Assembly: GCA_963840455.1 (NCBI GenBank)
Contig: CAWIYV010000014.1
Span: 1 to 64,000, forward strand
Direction: 5' to 3'
Length of the DNA stretch: 64,000 bases
From: Nitrospirota bacterium
GTDB taxonomy: Bacteria; Nitrospirota; UBA9217
The notes under the pieces are model-generated. The model had not been told where the DNA came from and ran no database searches. It worked only from the letters and a program-made list of their open reading frames with translations. Shown in pieces: positions 30,376-41,126 of this stretch (positions within the stretch are counted from its first letter, which is position 1; every line of letters begins with the position of its first letter). The position numbers were made by a program, and so were the translations under genes.

Positions 30376-31698
30376 ATGCGGATCAAGAGCATTACCATAA
30401 GGATCATACATCTGGCCGTCGCTGCGGCCTCGCTGTTCCTGTTTTCGACGAGGGTCCTGGCAGCAGAGACCGTGGCGCCGCTCGAACTGCAGCCCCTGAT
30501 CCAGGAAGCGCTCAAGAACAACCATGAGGTCTGGGTCTCTGAAGCGAAATGGAGGGGTGCGACCTCAAAGATCAAGCAGGCGGGGAGCCTTCCGGACCCC
30601 ATGGTCATGATCGGCTACCAGAACGAGGGATGGAACCAATACACCCTCGGCCAGATGCAGGGCTCTCAGTGGATGTACTCGGTCTCCCAGATGTTCCCCT
30701 TCCCGGGCAAACGCGCGCTCAAGGAAGAGATGGCTGCGCGGGACGCCGATACGGCGGCGGCCATGCATCGGGCCGCGCGGCTCGGGACGGTGGCGCGGGT
30801 GAAGGAGCTCTATTTCGACCTTTTCCAGACGTACCAGGAACTTGACCTGGTCCGGGAGCGGGCCTCGCTGTTCGGCAGGATCGAGGAGGCTGCGCTGGCG
30901 CGGTACGCCACGGGCATGGGGCAGCAGCAGGAAGTGCTGATGGCCCAGACCGAGAAGTATATGCTCCTCGAACGGGAAGCTATGCTGAAGCAGAAGCGCC
31001 AGTCCCTTGAGGCCATGCTGATCGCCACTGTGGGACGGGAAGGCGGGGCCCCGCTCGGCAGACCTGCGGAGCTGCCCGCCACGCCCTTGTTCGCGTCGGC
31101 GGACGACCTGGTCCAGCAGGCACTCGAGAACTCGCCCGAGCTCCGGTCGCGGGAGAAGATGCTCTCGGCCTCCCAGGCGGGGGTCCACATGGCCGAAAAG
31201 GAATATTACCCCGACGTGACCCTGACGGGCTGGGTTGCCACGCGGGGCGGTCCCTATGAGGATATGTGGAGCCTCACCGCAACCTTCAACATCCCCCTGT
31301 ACTACAAGTCGCGGCAGAGCCAGGAGTTGGCTTCGGCCCGCGCCATGTCAATGGCCGCGATCCATGATCTGGCCGGGATCAAGGCAATGCTCGTATCGGG
31401 AGTCCGGGACAACTATTCGATGGTCCAGTCGTCGGAAACGCTCATGAACTTGTACCGCACCGGCCTGATCCCCAAGACGAGACAGGATTTCGACTTGTCG
31501 CTGTCAGGCTACCGAACCGGGAAGGTCGAGGAGATCACGGTGGTAAGCAGGCTGAAGGCGCTGCTCGACTATGAGACGTCGTACTGGACGCAGTTCGTGG
31601 CGCGGGAGAAAGCGATCGCCCGGCTCGAGGCACTGACGGGTATCGGAGACCAGGCCGCTGCTCAGGGAGACAAGAATGAACAGCAGGACAAGAAATAG
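30376..31698 (+). CDS. TolC family outer membrane protein (CusC-like)
   Basis: LPDP, SQMFPFPGK, YYPD; first gene of the efflux triad. Confidence 0.9.
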   Translation: MRIKSITIRIIHLAVAAASLFLFSTRVLAAETVAPLELQPLIQEALKNNHEVWVSEAKWRGATSKIKQAGSLPDPMVMIGYQNEGWNQYTLGQMQGSQWMYSVSQMFPFPGKRALKEEMAARDADTAAAMHRAARLGTVARVKELYFDLFQTYQELDLVRERASLFGRIEEAALARYATGMGQQQEVLMAQTEKYMLLEREAMLKQKRQSLEAMLIATVGREGGAPLGRPAELPATPLFASADDLVQQALENSPELRSREKMLSASQAGVHMAEKEYYPDVTLTGWVATRGGPYEDMWSLTATFNIPLYYKSRQSQELASARAMSMAAIHDLAGIKAMLVSGVRDNYSMVQSSETLMNLYRTGLIPKTRQDFDLSLSGYRTGKVEEITVVSRLKALLDYETSYWTQFVAREKAIARLEALTGIGDQAAAQGDKNEQQDKK

Positions 31699-32842
31699 CC
31701 TTCGGGGAGGGACGGCCATTGCGTGGATCATCGCGGCGGCTTCGTTGATCCTTCCCGTGTCGGCGGCCCATGCCCAGCACGAGGGCCACAGCGCCCCGAC
31801 AGCGAGTCAGCAGCAGGCAGCGGCAGCCCCCGCCGAAGCGCCGTCGGTGGAGATCCCCCAGGACAAGCAGCAGCTCATCGGCGTAAAGACCATCGCCGTC
31901 GCCCCGCGCCAGATCGGCAAGGTGATCAGGACCGTCGGCCGTGTGGAATACGACGAACGGAAGTTCGCGACGGTCAACATGAAGTACGAAGGGTGGATCG
32001 AGAAGCTTTATGCCGACTACACGGGTATGCACGTCAAAAAAGGCCAGCCCCTGGCCGAGATCTACAGCCCGGAATTGCTTGCCACGCAGCAGGAGTTCCT
32101 GAACACCCTCCGCTGGGCCAAGTCCTCGGGCACGGCGAAGGAAGGGGAGGTGGCAGGCATGCTGAACCGCGATGCCGATGCGATTATCGATGCGGCGCGC
32201 CAGCGGTTGCGGCTATGGGACATCACCGATGAGCAGATCAAGTCCATAGAGGAGACCGGCAGAACGGTCCGCACCGTGAAGCTCGTGAGCCCCGCGGACG
32301 GCATAGTGGTCCAGAAGAACGCGGTCCAGGGTATGCGGGTGATGCCCGGCGAGAAGCTCTTTGACATTGCCGACCTGTCAACGGTCTGGATCACCGCGGA
32401 CCTGTATGAGCAGGATCTGCCGCTGATCACGACGGGCGAGACCGCGCGGATCTCCTTAAGCTCCCTGCCGGGGAAGGAACTCTCGGCGAAGATCGAGTTC
32501 GTCTATCCCACGCTGTCCGGCGAAGCCCGGACCGTGAAGGTGCGCCTGACGGTCCCGAATCCCGGCGGCAGGCTCAAACCGCAGATGTTCACGAACGTGG
32601 AGATCAAGGCCGGCATGGGCAAGCGGCTCGCCGTGCCCGACGACGCGGTGCTCGACACGGGCACCCGCTCGATCGTATACGTGGACAAGGGCGACGGGAA
32701 CTTCGAACCGCGGGAAGTGAAGCTCGGCCTTCGCGCCGACGGCTACCGCGAGGTCCTGTCGGGCCTCAAGAACGGCGAAAAGGTCGCCCGTGCAGCGACG
32801 TTCCTCATCGATTCGGAAGCACAACTGAAAGGCGTCAGATAG
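31676..32842 (+). CDS. cusB: RND periplasmic adaptor (CusB-like)
   Basis: GWIEKLY, YSPEL, IADLS.VW, LKPQMF, FLIDSE. Confidence 0.88.
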   Translation: MNSRTRNSLRGGTAIAWIIAAASLILPVSAAHAQHEGHSAPTASQQQAAAAPAEAPSVEIPQDKQQLIGVKTIAVAPRQIGKVIRTVGRVEYDERKFATVNMKYEGWIEKLYADYTGMHVKKGQPLAEIYSPELLATQQEFLNTLRWAKSSGTAKEGEVAGMLNRDADAIIDAARQRLRLWDITDEQIKSIEETGRTVRTVKLVSPADGIVVQKNAVQGMRVMPGEKLFDIADLSTVWITADLYEQDLPLITTGETARISLSSLPGKELSAKIEFVYPTLSGEARTVKVRLTVPNPGGRLKPQMFTNVEIKAGMGKRLAVPDDAVLDTGTRSIVYVDKGDGNFEPREVKLGLRADGYREVLSGLKNGEKVARAATFLIDSEAQLKGVR

Positions 32843-33038
32843 AACAACGTCTGCCACAGAGGCACTGAGACACAGAGGAAACAAGCCGACAAGGCCTTGA
32901 CACGGATAAGAACGGTTTTTGTAAATAAATACGGATTAATCTGCCGTTATCATAGCAGTTATCAGTGTAAATCAGTGTCAAAGGTTTTCTTTACGCTCTT
33001 CTCTGTGCCTCTGTGTCTCTGTGGCGAAAAGGTCATCT

Positions 33039-36000
33039 ATGATTTCCAAGATCATCGCATACAGCGGCAGGAACCGGTTCTTCGTGTTCCTCGTTATCGC
33101 CTTCCTGTCGCTCTGGGGCATCTGGTCGCTCCAGCACATCCCGCTGGACGCAATCCCGGACCTGTCGGACACTCAGGTGATCGTCTACACCGACTGGCCG
33201 GGCAGGAGCCCGAACCTGGTCGAGGATCAGGTGACCTATCCCATCTCCTCGACGCTGCTCGCCGCGCCCAAGGTGCAGGCGGTGCGGGGCTTCTCGTTCC
33301 TCGGCAGTTCCTTCATTTACGTCATCTTCGAAGAGGGCACGGACATCTACTGGGCGCGGAGCCGGGTGCTGGAGTATCTCCAGTCGGTCAGGAGCAAGAT
33401 CCCCCTTGACGTGAACCCGGTGCTCGGTCCCGACGCCACGAGCCTCGGGTGGGGGTTCTCCTACGCCCTGGTGGACGAGACCGGCCAGCGCGATCTCTCC
33501 CAACTCCGGTCGCTCCAGGACTGGAACATCAAGCTCGCGCTCGAGAGCGTGCCCGGCGTGTCGCAGGTGGCCAGCGTGGGCGGCTTTGTGCGGCAGTACC
33601 AGATCACGGTGGAGCCGAACCGGCTCGCGTCCTACGGCATCTCGCTCATGAAGGTGATGGACGCCGTCAGGAAGAGCAATATCGACGTGGAGGGCCGGGT
33701 CCTGGAGCTGGCCGGCACGGAGTACATGGTGCGCGGTAGGGGCTACATCACAGGCGTCAAGGACCTGCAGGAGATCGCCGTGGGCCTCGCACCGGGCGGA
33801 ACTCCCGTGTTCCTTCGCGATGTGGCCAACGTGGAGGTTGGCCCCGAGATCCGGCGCGGCCTCACGGACCTGGACGGCAGGGGTGAAGTGGCCTCGGGCA
33901 TCGTGGTGGTCCGCTTCGGCGAGAACGTGCTGGACGTGATCGACCGGGTGAAGGCAAAGATCGCCCGCGACGTCGCGCCGTCCCTGCCCGCAGGCGTTAA
34001 GATGGTGACGACCTACGACCGGAGCGACCTGATCCGACGGTCGATCCGTACGCTGACCGAGGAGATCGTCAAACTCGCCATTGCCGTGAGCGCGGTATGC
34101 ATCATCTTCCTCTTCCATCTGCCGAGCGCCCTGGTCGTCATTCTGACGCTCCCGATCGCCATCCTCATCTCCTTCATCTGCATGTACTACCTGGGGGTGA
34201 CGTCGAACATCATGAGCCTGGGCGGCATCGCCATCGCCATCGGCGCCATGGTCGACGCCTCGATCATCATGGTCGAGAACGCCCACAAGAAGCTCGAGGA
34301 GTGGGAGCACGCGGGCAGGCCCGGTTCACGGGTGGATGTGATCATCCACGCTGCGCAGGAGGTCGGGCCGTCGCTCTATTTCTCTCTCCTCGTCATCACC
34401 GTGGGTTTCCTGCCGGTCTTCACGCTCCAGGCCCAGGCAGGCAGGATGTTCAAGCCCCTTGCCTACACCAAGACCTTTGCCATGCTCTTCGCCTCATTCC
34501 TGGCGGTCACGCTCACGCCGGTCCTGATGACGCTGTTCCTGCACGGCAAAGTGAAGTCAGAGGACGAGAATCCTATCATCCGCGCGGTGAACAAGGTCTA
34601 CATACCCCGGGTGGCCTTCTCGCTCCGTTTCAGCCGGGGGGTCATCATCGCGGCGATCGTGATCGTCGTCATAACGGGGCTCATCTTTGTGCCGCCCCTG
34701 TTCGACGTGAACCTTGTTCCCGGCATCAAGCTGGGATCTGAGTTCATGCCGCCTTTGGACGAGGGCACGCTCTTTTACATGCCCGTGACCGTGCCGGCCC
34801 TGGCCATCTCCGAGGCATCGCGGCTGCTCCAGATCCAGGACAAACTGCTCAAGACCGTGCCCGAGGTTTCCCAGGTCTTCGGCAAGGCGGGCCGCGCCGA
34901 GACACCGACGGACCCGGCGCCGGTCGAGATGTTCGAGACCATCGTAAGCCTCAAGCCCGAGTCCCAGTGGCGGAAGGGCATGGACCTCGACAAGATCAAG
35001 AACGAGCTGAACGACGCGGTCCAGATCCCGGGCGTGTCAAACTCCTTCACCATGCCGATCAAGGCCAGGATCGACATGCTCGCCACGGGCATCCGCACCC
35101 CCGTGGGCGTCAAGGTGCTGGGACCGAAGCTGGAGGTGCTCGACACGGTCTCCCGTGAGGTGGAGGCCGTGGTCAAGACCGTGCGCGGCACGCGCAGCGC
35201 CTATGCCGAGCGGCTTCTGACCGGCTACTTCCTGGACATCCGGCCGAAGCGCGGCGAGATCGCCCGCTACGGCCTCTCGATGGATGACGTCCAGACCGTG
35301 GTGGCCAGCGCTCTGGGTGGTATGACGCTCACCACGACCGTCGAGGGACGGGAGCGCTACTCCGTAAACGTCCGGTATCCGCGCGAGTACCGCAGCGACA
35401 TCGACCGGATCAAACGCATCCTGGTGCCCGTGGAGCGTGCTGCATCTGTGTCATCAGGCGGCATGGGCGCGTCATCATCCGCCGGAGGCGGCATCTCGTA
35501 TGTTCCGTTGGGGTCGCTCGCGGACATCGACATCGTCCAGGGCCCGACGCAGATCAAGAGCGAGGAAGGCCTGCTCGCCAATTACGTGTACATCGACTTC
35601 ACCGGACGTGACGTGGGCGGTTACGTCGAGGAACTGCAGAAGAAGGTGGCCTCGTCGGTGAAGCTGCCTGCCGGGTACCGTCTCCAGTGGAGCGGCGAGT
35701 ACGAATATCTCGTGAAAACCCATGAACGGCTTAAGCTCGTTATTCCGCTGACGCTGCTCATCATCTTCGTGCTGCTCTATCTCAACACGCGGTCCACGGT
35801 CAAAACCATCATTGTACTGCTGGCAGTACCGTTCTCACTCGTTGGTTCCTTCTGGTTCCTCTGGATGCTGGGGTACAATATGAGCATCGCTGTCTGGGTG
35901 GGGCTCATCGCCCTTGCGGGTCTCGATGCCGAGACGGGCGTGGTGATGCTGCTCTATCTTGACCTGGCCCACGACAAGTGGAAGCAGGAAGGCCGGCTGA

Positions 36001-36266
36001 ACACGGTCCAGGACCTCAAGGATTCGATCATGGAAGGCGCGGTGAAGCGGGTCCGGCCCAAGCTCATGACCGTGGCCGTCATCCTCGCCGGCCTCGTGCC
36101 GATCTTGTTCAGCCACGGAGCAGGCGCAGATGTGATGAAGCGCATCGCGGCTCCCATGGTCGGCGGCGTCATCACTTCGGAGATCCTGGAGCTGACGATC
36201 TATCCGGCGATCTATCTGCTCTGGAAGAAGCGGGAGCTGGGAAGTGCGGACGCGGGGACGCGGTGA
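33039..36266 (+). CDS. cusA: CusA/CzcA heavy-metal RND permease
   Basis: DAIPDLSD, GPDAT, IMSLGGIAIAIGAMVDA, EFMPPLDEG, MPIKARIDML. Confidence 0.95.
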   Translation: MISKIIAYSGRNRFFVFLVIAFLSLWGIWSLQHIPLDAIPDLSDTQVIVYTDWPGRSPNLVEDQVTYPISSTLLAAPKVQAVRGFSFLGSSFIYVIFEEGTDIYWARSRVLEYLQSVRSKIPLDVNPVLGPDATSLGWGFSYALVDETGQRDLSQLRSLQDWNIKLALESVPGVSQVASVGGFVRQYQITVEPNRLASYGISLMKVMDAVRKSNIDVEGRVLELAGTEYMVRGRGYITGVKDLQEIAVGLAPGGTPVFLRDVANVEVGPEIRRGLTDLDGRGEVASGIVVVRFGENVLDVIDRVKAKIARDVAPSLPAGVKMVTTYDRSDLIRRSIRTLTEEIVKLAIAVSAVCIIFLFHLPSALVVILTLPIAILISFICMYYLGVTSNIMSLGGIAIAIGAMVDASIIMVENAHKKLEEWEHAGRPGSRVDVIIHAAQEVGPSLYFSLLVITVGFLPVFTLQAQAGRMFKPLAYTKTFAMLFASFLAVTLTPVLMTLFLHGKVKSEDENPIIRAVNKVYIPRVAFSLRFSRGVIIAAIVIVVITGLIFVPPLFDVNLVPGIKLGSEFMPPLDEGTLFYMPVTVPALAISEASRLLQIQDKLLKTVPEVSQVFGKAGRAETPTDPAPVEMFETIVSLKPESQWRKGMDLDKIKNELNDAVQIPGVSNSFTMPIKARIDMLATGIRTPVGVKVLGPKLEVLDTVSREVEAVVKTVRGTRSAYAERLLTGYFLDIRPKRGEIARYGLSMDDVQTVVASALGGMTLTTTVEGRERYSVNVRYPREYRSDIDRIKRILVPVERAASVSSGGMGASSSAGGGISYVPLGSLADIDIVQGPTQIKSEEGLLANYVYIDFTGRDVGGYVEELQKKVASSVKLPAGYRLQWSGEYEYLVKTHERLKLVIPLTLLIIFVLLYLNTRSTVKTIIVLLAVPFSLVGSFWFLWMLGYNMSIAVWVGLIALAGLDAETGVVMLLYLDLAHDKWKQEGRLNTVQDLKDSIMEGAVKRVRPKLMTVAVILAGLVPILFSHGAGADVMKRIAAPMVGGVITSEILELTIYPAIYLLWKKRELGSADAGTR

Positions 36267-36354
36267 GGGGGAGACGCGGGGAAAAGGCCGACAAGGGGAC
36301 AGGGAGACAGGGGGATAAAGTCAAAAACCGATAAGAACGCGACGTAAAACAAAG

Positions 36355-36379
36355 AAAGGCAGCCCCATGGCTGCCTTTT
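36355..36379. terminator. Bidirectional intrinsic terminator
   Basis: aaaggcagcc-ccat-ggctgcctttt between convergent genes. Confidence 0.75.
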
Positions 36380-36428
36380 CGTTTTTCTTCTGGCCCCTGT
36401 ATTCCGGTTTCTGGCTCCTGGAGCTTAG

Positions 36429-37145
36429 CTACTTCTTTGGCGGGTTCATCGCCGCGTCATACCGTTTCATATAGTCATTCACGATTCGGTGGGGCTCGTA
36501 GCCGAGGGCCCGAGCGTAGGAGAACAGGAATCCGCGAAGATAGGGGCGTGCGGGGAGCTTCTTATAGCTCTCATCCTCGATGGCCTCGATATACCGCGCA
36601 CTCAGCTTTGTTGCGTCCGCCACGTTCCGGGAGCTCAGGCCGCGCAGTTCGCGGAGCATCTTGAGGACGGCCCCGGTGAACTCGGTGACGTCCGTGGGGG
36701 CGGGCTGGGGGATTTCCGGCACCGCCGGTGGCGCCGGCGTCGGTGCCGGCTGGGGGGACGCTGCCGGGGGTTCTTGAGGGGCCGGCGGCCTTTCCTCCAC
36801 CCTCGGCACGATGGTCGGCGAGACCGGCGGCCGCGGTTGCGAGACCGGCGGCCGCGGCTGATAGCGCAGCTCGGGCTGCGGCGGTTCGGGTGTGAGCGGA
36901 ATGTCGTGCAGTGTCCGGTCGTAGACCCGCCGGTTCTCGTCGTAGCTCAGGGTGCGGTAGGCGTCCTCGACCCGCTGCCGGATCTTCTCGGTCTCCTCGG
37001 GCGAGAAAAGCGAGTAGAGGGCGATGGAGTTCGGGTCGTAGATCTTCCGGACGCGCTCATAGGCCTTGTGGATCTCCTGGGCCGTCGCCCGGTAGCTTAC
37101 TTCCAGGAGCTCGTAGTAGTTCATGTCCTCGATCTTCTTGAGCAT
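36429..37145 (-). CDS. J-like domain plus RodZ-type HTH protein
   Basis: NYYELLEV..A...EI.KAY; Pro linker; G.VLK.LRE.RG..YLRGFL.SYA.ALG. Confidence 0.85.
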   Translation of the reverse strand: MLKKIEDMNYYELLEVSYRATAQEIHKAYERVRKIYDPNSIALYSLFSPEETEKIRQRVEDAYRTLSYDENRRVYDRTLHDIPLTPEPPQPELRYQPRPPVSQPRPPVSPTIVPRVEERPPAPQEPPAASPQPAPTPAPPAVPEIPQPAPTDVTEFTGAVLKMLRELRGLSSRNVADATKLSARYIEAIEDESYKKLPARPYLRGFLFSYARALGYEPHRIVNDYMKRYDAAMNPPKK

Positions 37146-37259
37146 GCATACTCCTCACGGTCCAGCTGACAAGCGAACACGCTGACAAGCCAACAAGCCA
37201 TCAGGCCAATGAAACCAGCATGCCGGACAGCCTGCCGGCTGGCAAGCCTGTCAGCTGCA

Positions 37260-38216
37260 TCAATACAGCATGCTGAGCGTCAACTGCTCCTTCCGGAGCA
37301 GGTTATGCACGATCCGTTCGATGCACCGCGACGGCCGCGAGTAGGGGTATTCGATGACGAGAGGCCGCTTGCTGCGGATGGATTGCCAGACGCAGTCGTC
37401 ATACTCAACGTAGCCCAGATATTCCAGGTTGATCCCGAAATATTTCTGGCACGCGCTCTTCATGGAGAACCCGATCTGGACGTCGTTCTTGGTCCGCACC
37501 TGGTTCACGACCAGCTTGGGCCGGAACTTGAGGACCTCCATCTCCAGGATCTCGCCGACCTCCCGCTCCATCCCCTTGACGCGCTCGATGAGGTCGTAGG
37601 GTGTGCGGATGCCCATGGTGTTCTTCTGGTCCATGGCCGCGTCGATGAGATCCTTGATGTTCTGGTTGGCCACGACCTTCTTGAACCGGCGATAGAAAGC
37701 GCTCTTGATGAAGCGGTAGGCGTTCTCGATGGCCGTCGGTTCGGGCAGGACGACGAGAATGCCGTGGTCGGAGAAGAGGAAGAAGTCCAGGATGTTGAAC
37801 GAGGTGCCGGCGCCGAGGTCCAGCAGGATGTAGTCCGCGTCCAGGGTCTCGAGGTGCCGGAGGAACCGCGTCTTCTGTGCGAAGTTGGGATTGGCCGCGT
37901 CCAGGAAGTCCTGGGCGCCGCTGATGAGGTTCAGGTTGGGGATGGCGGTCTTGATGATGACGTCGCTGATGTTCTCCACGCGCCGGTTCAGGAAGTCCGA
38001 CAGTGTCATCTCCGGCACGCCGATGCCGAGGGTGGTATGGAGGTTGGCGCCGCCCAGATCCGCGTCCACGAGCAGGACCTTCTTCTTCATGCGGGCGAGG
38101 GTGATGCCGATGTTGCCGGTGATCAGGCTCTTGCCGATCCCGCCCTTGCCGCCGCCGATAGCCCAGATTTCCTTTTTCCACAGGGCTTCCTGGAGCTCTA
38201 TCATCCTTTCTATCAT
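37260..38216 (-). CDS. MinD/ParA family ATPase (FlhG/FleN-like)
   Basis: GGKGGIGKS, VDADLGGANLH, LDLGAG, PEPTAIENAY. Confidence 0.9.
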   Translation of the reverse strand: MIERMIELQEALWKKEIWAIGGGKGGIGKSLITGNIGITLARMKKKVLLVDADLGGANLHTTLGIGVPEMTLSDFLNRRVENISDVIIKTAIPNLNLISGAQDFLDAANPNFAQKTRFLRHLETLDADYILLDLGAGTSFNILDFFLFSDHGILVVLPEPTAIENAYRFIKSAFYRRFKKVVANQNIKDLIDAAMDQKNTMGIRTPYDLIERVKGMEREVGEILEMEVLKFRPKLVVNQVRTKNDVQIGFSMKSACQKYFGINLEYLGYVEYDDCVWQSIRSKRPLVIEYPYSRPSRCIERIVHNLLRKEQLTLSMLY

Positions 38217-38893
38217 CCTTGCCTCGATGCCTCTGATGTGACCGTTTGTTCCGGCGCGCCGCCTTCAGCGGGCGCTGCTGCTTCAAGCTCCTTCGCCGCC
38301 TCGTCCCGCAGCGGTTCGCCGCCGCTGTCCCGTTCGGGGAGGGCTTCCACCATGGCGTCCTCGCCCGCATCGAGCTCCTGGAACTCCCTGAGCGTGGGCA
38401 GGGAAGAGAGGTCCTTCAGCCCGAAGTATTGCAGGAACTCGACGGAGGTCCCGTAGAGGATGGGTTTTCCGGGGACGTCCTTTTTCCCGACGATCTTCAC
38501 GAGCCGGCGCTCCATGAGATTGCGCACGATGCCGCCGATGTTCACGCCGCGGATGGCCTCGATCTCCGGACGGGTGACGGGCTGCTTGTAGGCGATGATG
38601 GCCAGGGTCTCGAGGGCCGGCCGCGAGAGCCGCGTGGTGACCTTGACGGTCTTGAACTTCCTCACCCAGACCGCCTGTTCGGGGCGCGTGGCGAGCTGGT
38701 ATCCGTTCGCCACTTCGGCCACCATGACGCCGGCATCGCGCGCCTCGTAGTCCGCCTTCAGCGCCTGGAGCTGTTCCTCGATCTGCTCCTTCGTCGCTTC
38801 CTCGAAGATGCCCTTGAGACGTTCCACGGAAAGGGGGCCCCCGCCAATGAACAGGAGCGCCTCGATGGCTGTTTTCAGCTGATTATCATCCAA
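38213..38893 (-). CDS. scpB: SMC-Scp complex subunit ScpB
   Basis: LS.PALETLAIIAYKQP.TR.EIE.IRGV, PG.P.LYGT..FL.YFGL. Confidence 0.93.
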   Translation of the reverse strand: MDDNQLKTAIEALLFIGGGPLSVERLKGIFEEATKEQIEEQLQALKADYEARDAGVMVAEVANGYQLATRPEQAVWVRKFKTVKVTTRLSRPALETLAIIAYKQPVTRPEIEAIRGVNIGGIVRNLMERRLVKIVGKKDVPGKPILYGTSVEFLQYFGLKDLSSLPTLREFQELDAGEDAMVEALPERDSGGEPLRDEAAKELEAAAPAEGGAPEQTVTSEASRQG

Positions 38894-39074
38894 ATCAAGA
38901 CCTCACCATGCTAAAGAATAAATGACCACTGATGAAAACCGAGGAAGATCGTTATCACGAATATCACGAATGATACAAATGGCACGAATAAACTACGAAG
39001 TACAGGAAGTCATTCGTGATGGAGCTGTTGACGTTTCCCCGCGTCCCCGTGTCTCCCTGTCATCGTGTCGGCTT

Positions 39075-39914
39075 CTACATCCCCGCCGGGTCGCCGAGCC
39101 TGCCCAGCGCCACCTTGGCGTTCATTCTCACGTCCAGGTCCGAGCTTTCCAGGTGCTTCCGTATCTTCGGGATGGCGTCCCGCACCGCGTCCGGCGTCGA
39201 GCTCCCGATATTCCCCAGGGCGGCGATGGCGTTCTTCACGGCATTGGGGTGGCCGCTGTCCAGGTACGTGATGAGGCGCGGCACCAGGTCCGCCACCTCG
39301 TTCGGGTAATGGAGGCCGATGGCGCCCAGGGCAAAGAGCACGCCGCCGCAGGACGCTTCCTTCGAGAACTCCAGCACCTCCACGAGCTTGGGAAGGATGC
39401 CCCGGATCATCTGCGGCTCGATGATGCCGAGCTTCCCCAGGGCATGGGCCGCAGCCTCGCGCTCGTCGTCGTCGCCCGATTCGAGCATGGCGACCAGCCT
39501 GGGCGCGAGGTCCTTTACCAGGCCGATGAAGGAGAAACCGATGTTCCCCAGGGCGTAGGCGGCCTCCTGCCGCACGAGGCTCACCTCGTGGTCCAGCAGA
39601 AGCCTGAGCTTCGGCACGGCACGCGACGACGCATCCTCGTAGCGGTAGGCGAGGTTGCCGACGGCGTTCGCCGCGTCGATCTTCACGAATGGGTCGGCCT
39701 CATCCATGAGGGCGATGAGCTTGTCGATGAAGGGCCGCGTGTCCTGGGGATAGTCAAATCCCACGCGCGACAGGACGTTCAGCACGCCGGTGCGCACGTC
39801 GCCGTCCTTCTCGCCGAGGAGTTCAACGAGCTGTCCGACAAGGGACCGGTCAGCGTAGACCGCGGTCTCCATCTCGCCGAACTTCTTTTCACGGGCCAGG
39901 GCTTTAATATCCAT
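39075..39914 (-). CDS. HEAT repeat protein
   Basis: Repeated VR..AA.ALG.IG. Confidence 0.88.
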   Translation of the reverse strand: MDIKALAREKKFGEMETAVYADRSLVGQLVELLGEKDGDVRTGVLNVLSRVGFDYPQDTRPFIDKLIALMDEADPFVKIDAANAVGNLAYRYEDASSRAVPKLRLLLDHEVSLVRQEAAYALGNIGFSFIGLVKDLAPRLVAMLESGDDDEREAAAHALGKLGIIEPQMIRGILPKLVEVLEFSKEASCGGVLFALGAIGLHYPNEVADLVPRLITYLDSGHPNAVKNAIAALGNIGSSTPDAVRDAIPKIRKHLESSDLDVRMNAKVALGRLGDPAGM

Positions 39915-40097
39915 AGCGTGACGTACGTGTTCGCTCGAAAATTATTCCGAAAATCTAACCAACTGCATTCTCTCACGAAGGCACGAAGACACGAGGTATG
40001 AGGATAGAATCTCTTCGTGATCTTTGCGGCTTCGTGTGATAAATAGATTTTAACGCTGTGATGCTTTGACCATCGACAAGGATAGAAGTTTCCTTAT

Positions 40098-40853
40098 CTA
40101 CGCGAACAGGTCTCCGGACGTGGGCGCGGGCACCTCGTCCGACACGGCCTTCATGAGCCGGATGGCCCCGAACTGCTCCACCTGGACCGCCCGCACGATC
40201 CGGTTCTTCATGAGCTCCAGGAGCGCCATGAAGGTGGCGATGATGTGCGCCTTCGAGGTGCTGCCGTCGAAGAGGTCCGCGAAGAGCATGCTGTCCACCG
40301 ATTCGAGCCGGGCGAGGATGGTGGCGATCTTGTCGGTGATGGAGACGGCCTCGGCGGTGATCTCGATGCCGGCGTCCGGGGCCCGGTTCAGGACGTCCTT
40401 GAGCGCGGCCAGCAGGTCGAAGAGGTGGAAGTCGAACAGCAGCGGCTGGTCGTCGGGCGGGAGCTCGGGCGTGACCTCGGTCTCGCGGGTGTAGACCTTG
40501 GACCATGCGTCCTCGCGCTGTTCGAGCGAGGCCGCCGCGTCCTTGAAGCGCTTGTATTCCAGCAGGCGCCGGATGAGCTCGGCGCGCGGGTCCGCGCCCA
40601 GGTCGTCATCCTCGGGGTTCTCGGGCGGCGGCAGGAGCATCTTGGACTTGATGTGCGTCAGCGTCGAGGCCATGACGAGGAAATCGCCGGCGATCTCCAT
40701 GTCGAGGCTCTGCATGAGCTCCAGGTATTCGAGGTACTGCTGGGTGATGGGGGCGATGGGAATGTCGTAGATGTCCAGTTCGTGCTTCTTGATGAGGTGG
40801 AGGAGAAGGTCCATGGGACCTTCGAAGATCTCGAGTTTGACGTGATAGGACAT
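40098..40853 (-). CDS. scpA: Segregation/condensation protein ScpA
   Basis: FEGP.DLLLHLI, DPRAELIRRLLEY, TF.ALLEL. Confidence 0.93.
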   Translation of the reverse strand: MSYHVKLEIFEGPMDLLLHLIKKHELDIYDIPIAPITQQYLEYLELMQSLDMEIAGDFLVMASTLTHIKSKMLLPPPENPEDDDLGADPRAELIRRLLEYKRFKDAAASLEQREDAWSKVYTRETEVTPELPPDDQPLLFDFHLFDLLAALKDVLNRAPDAGIEITAEAVSITDKIATILARLESVDSMLFADLFDGSTSKAHIIATFMALLELMKNRIVRAVQVEQFGAIRLMKAVSDEVPAPTSGDLFA

Positions 40854-41126
40854 GGATTCCTTCCCCCGAGGCAGAACCGGGGTGCTGCAGGCAATAGGAT
40901 ATCGAAAATTAACGTCATTTCCCTGAAAAGTCAAGAGAAAACATGACAATTGCGGGTTGCGGAATGCGGATTTTTCATGGAAACGACCACCTGTGCACCG
41001 GAGACCGGGGGAGAGGGCAACAGGGACGGTTCTGTGCTTTTGATGCTCATTCCGCGATCCGCAATTCGCAATTCGCAATCCACAATGCTTCACTCTGGTA
41101 TAATGAGACTGGAAGGAGCGGCGTTC

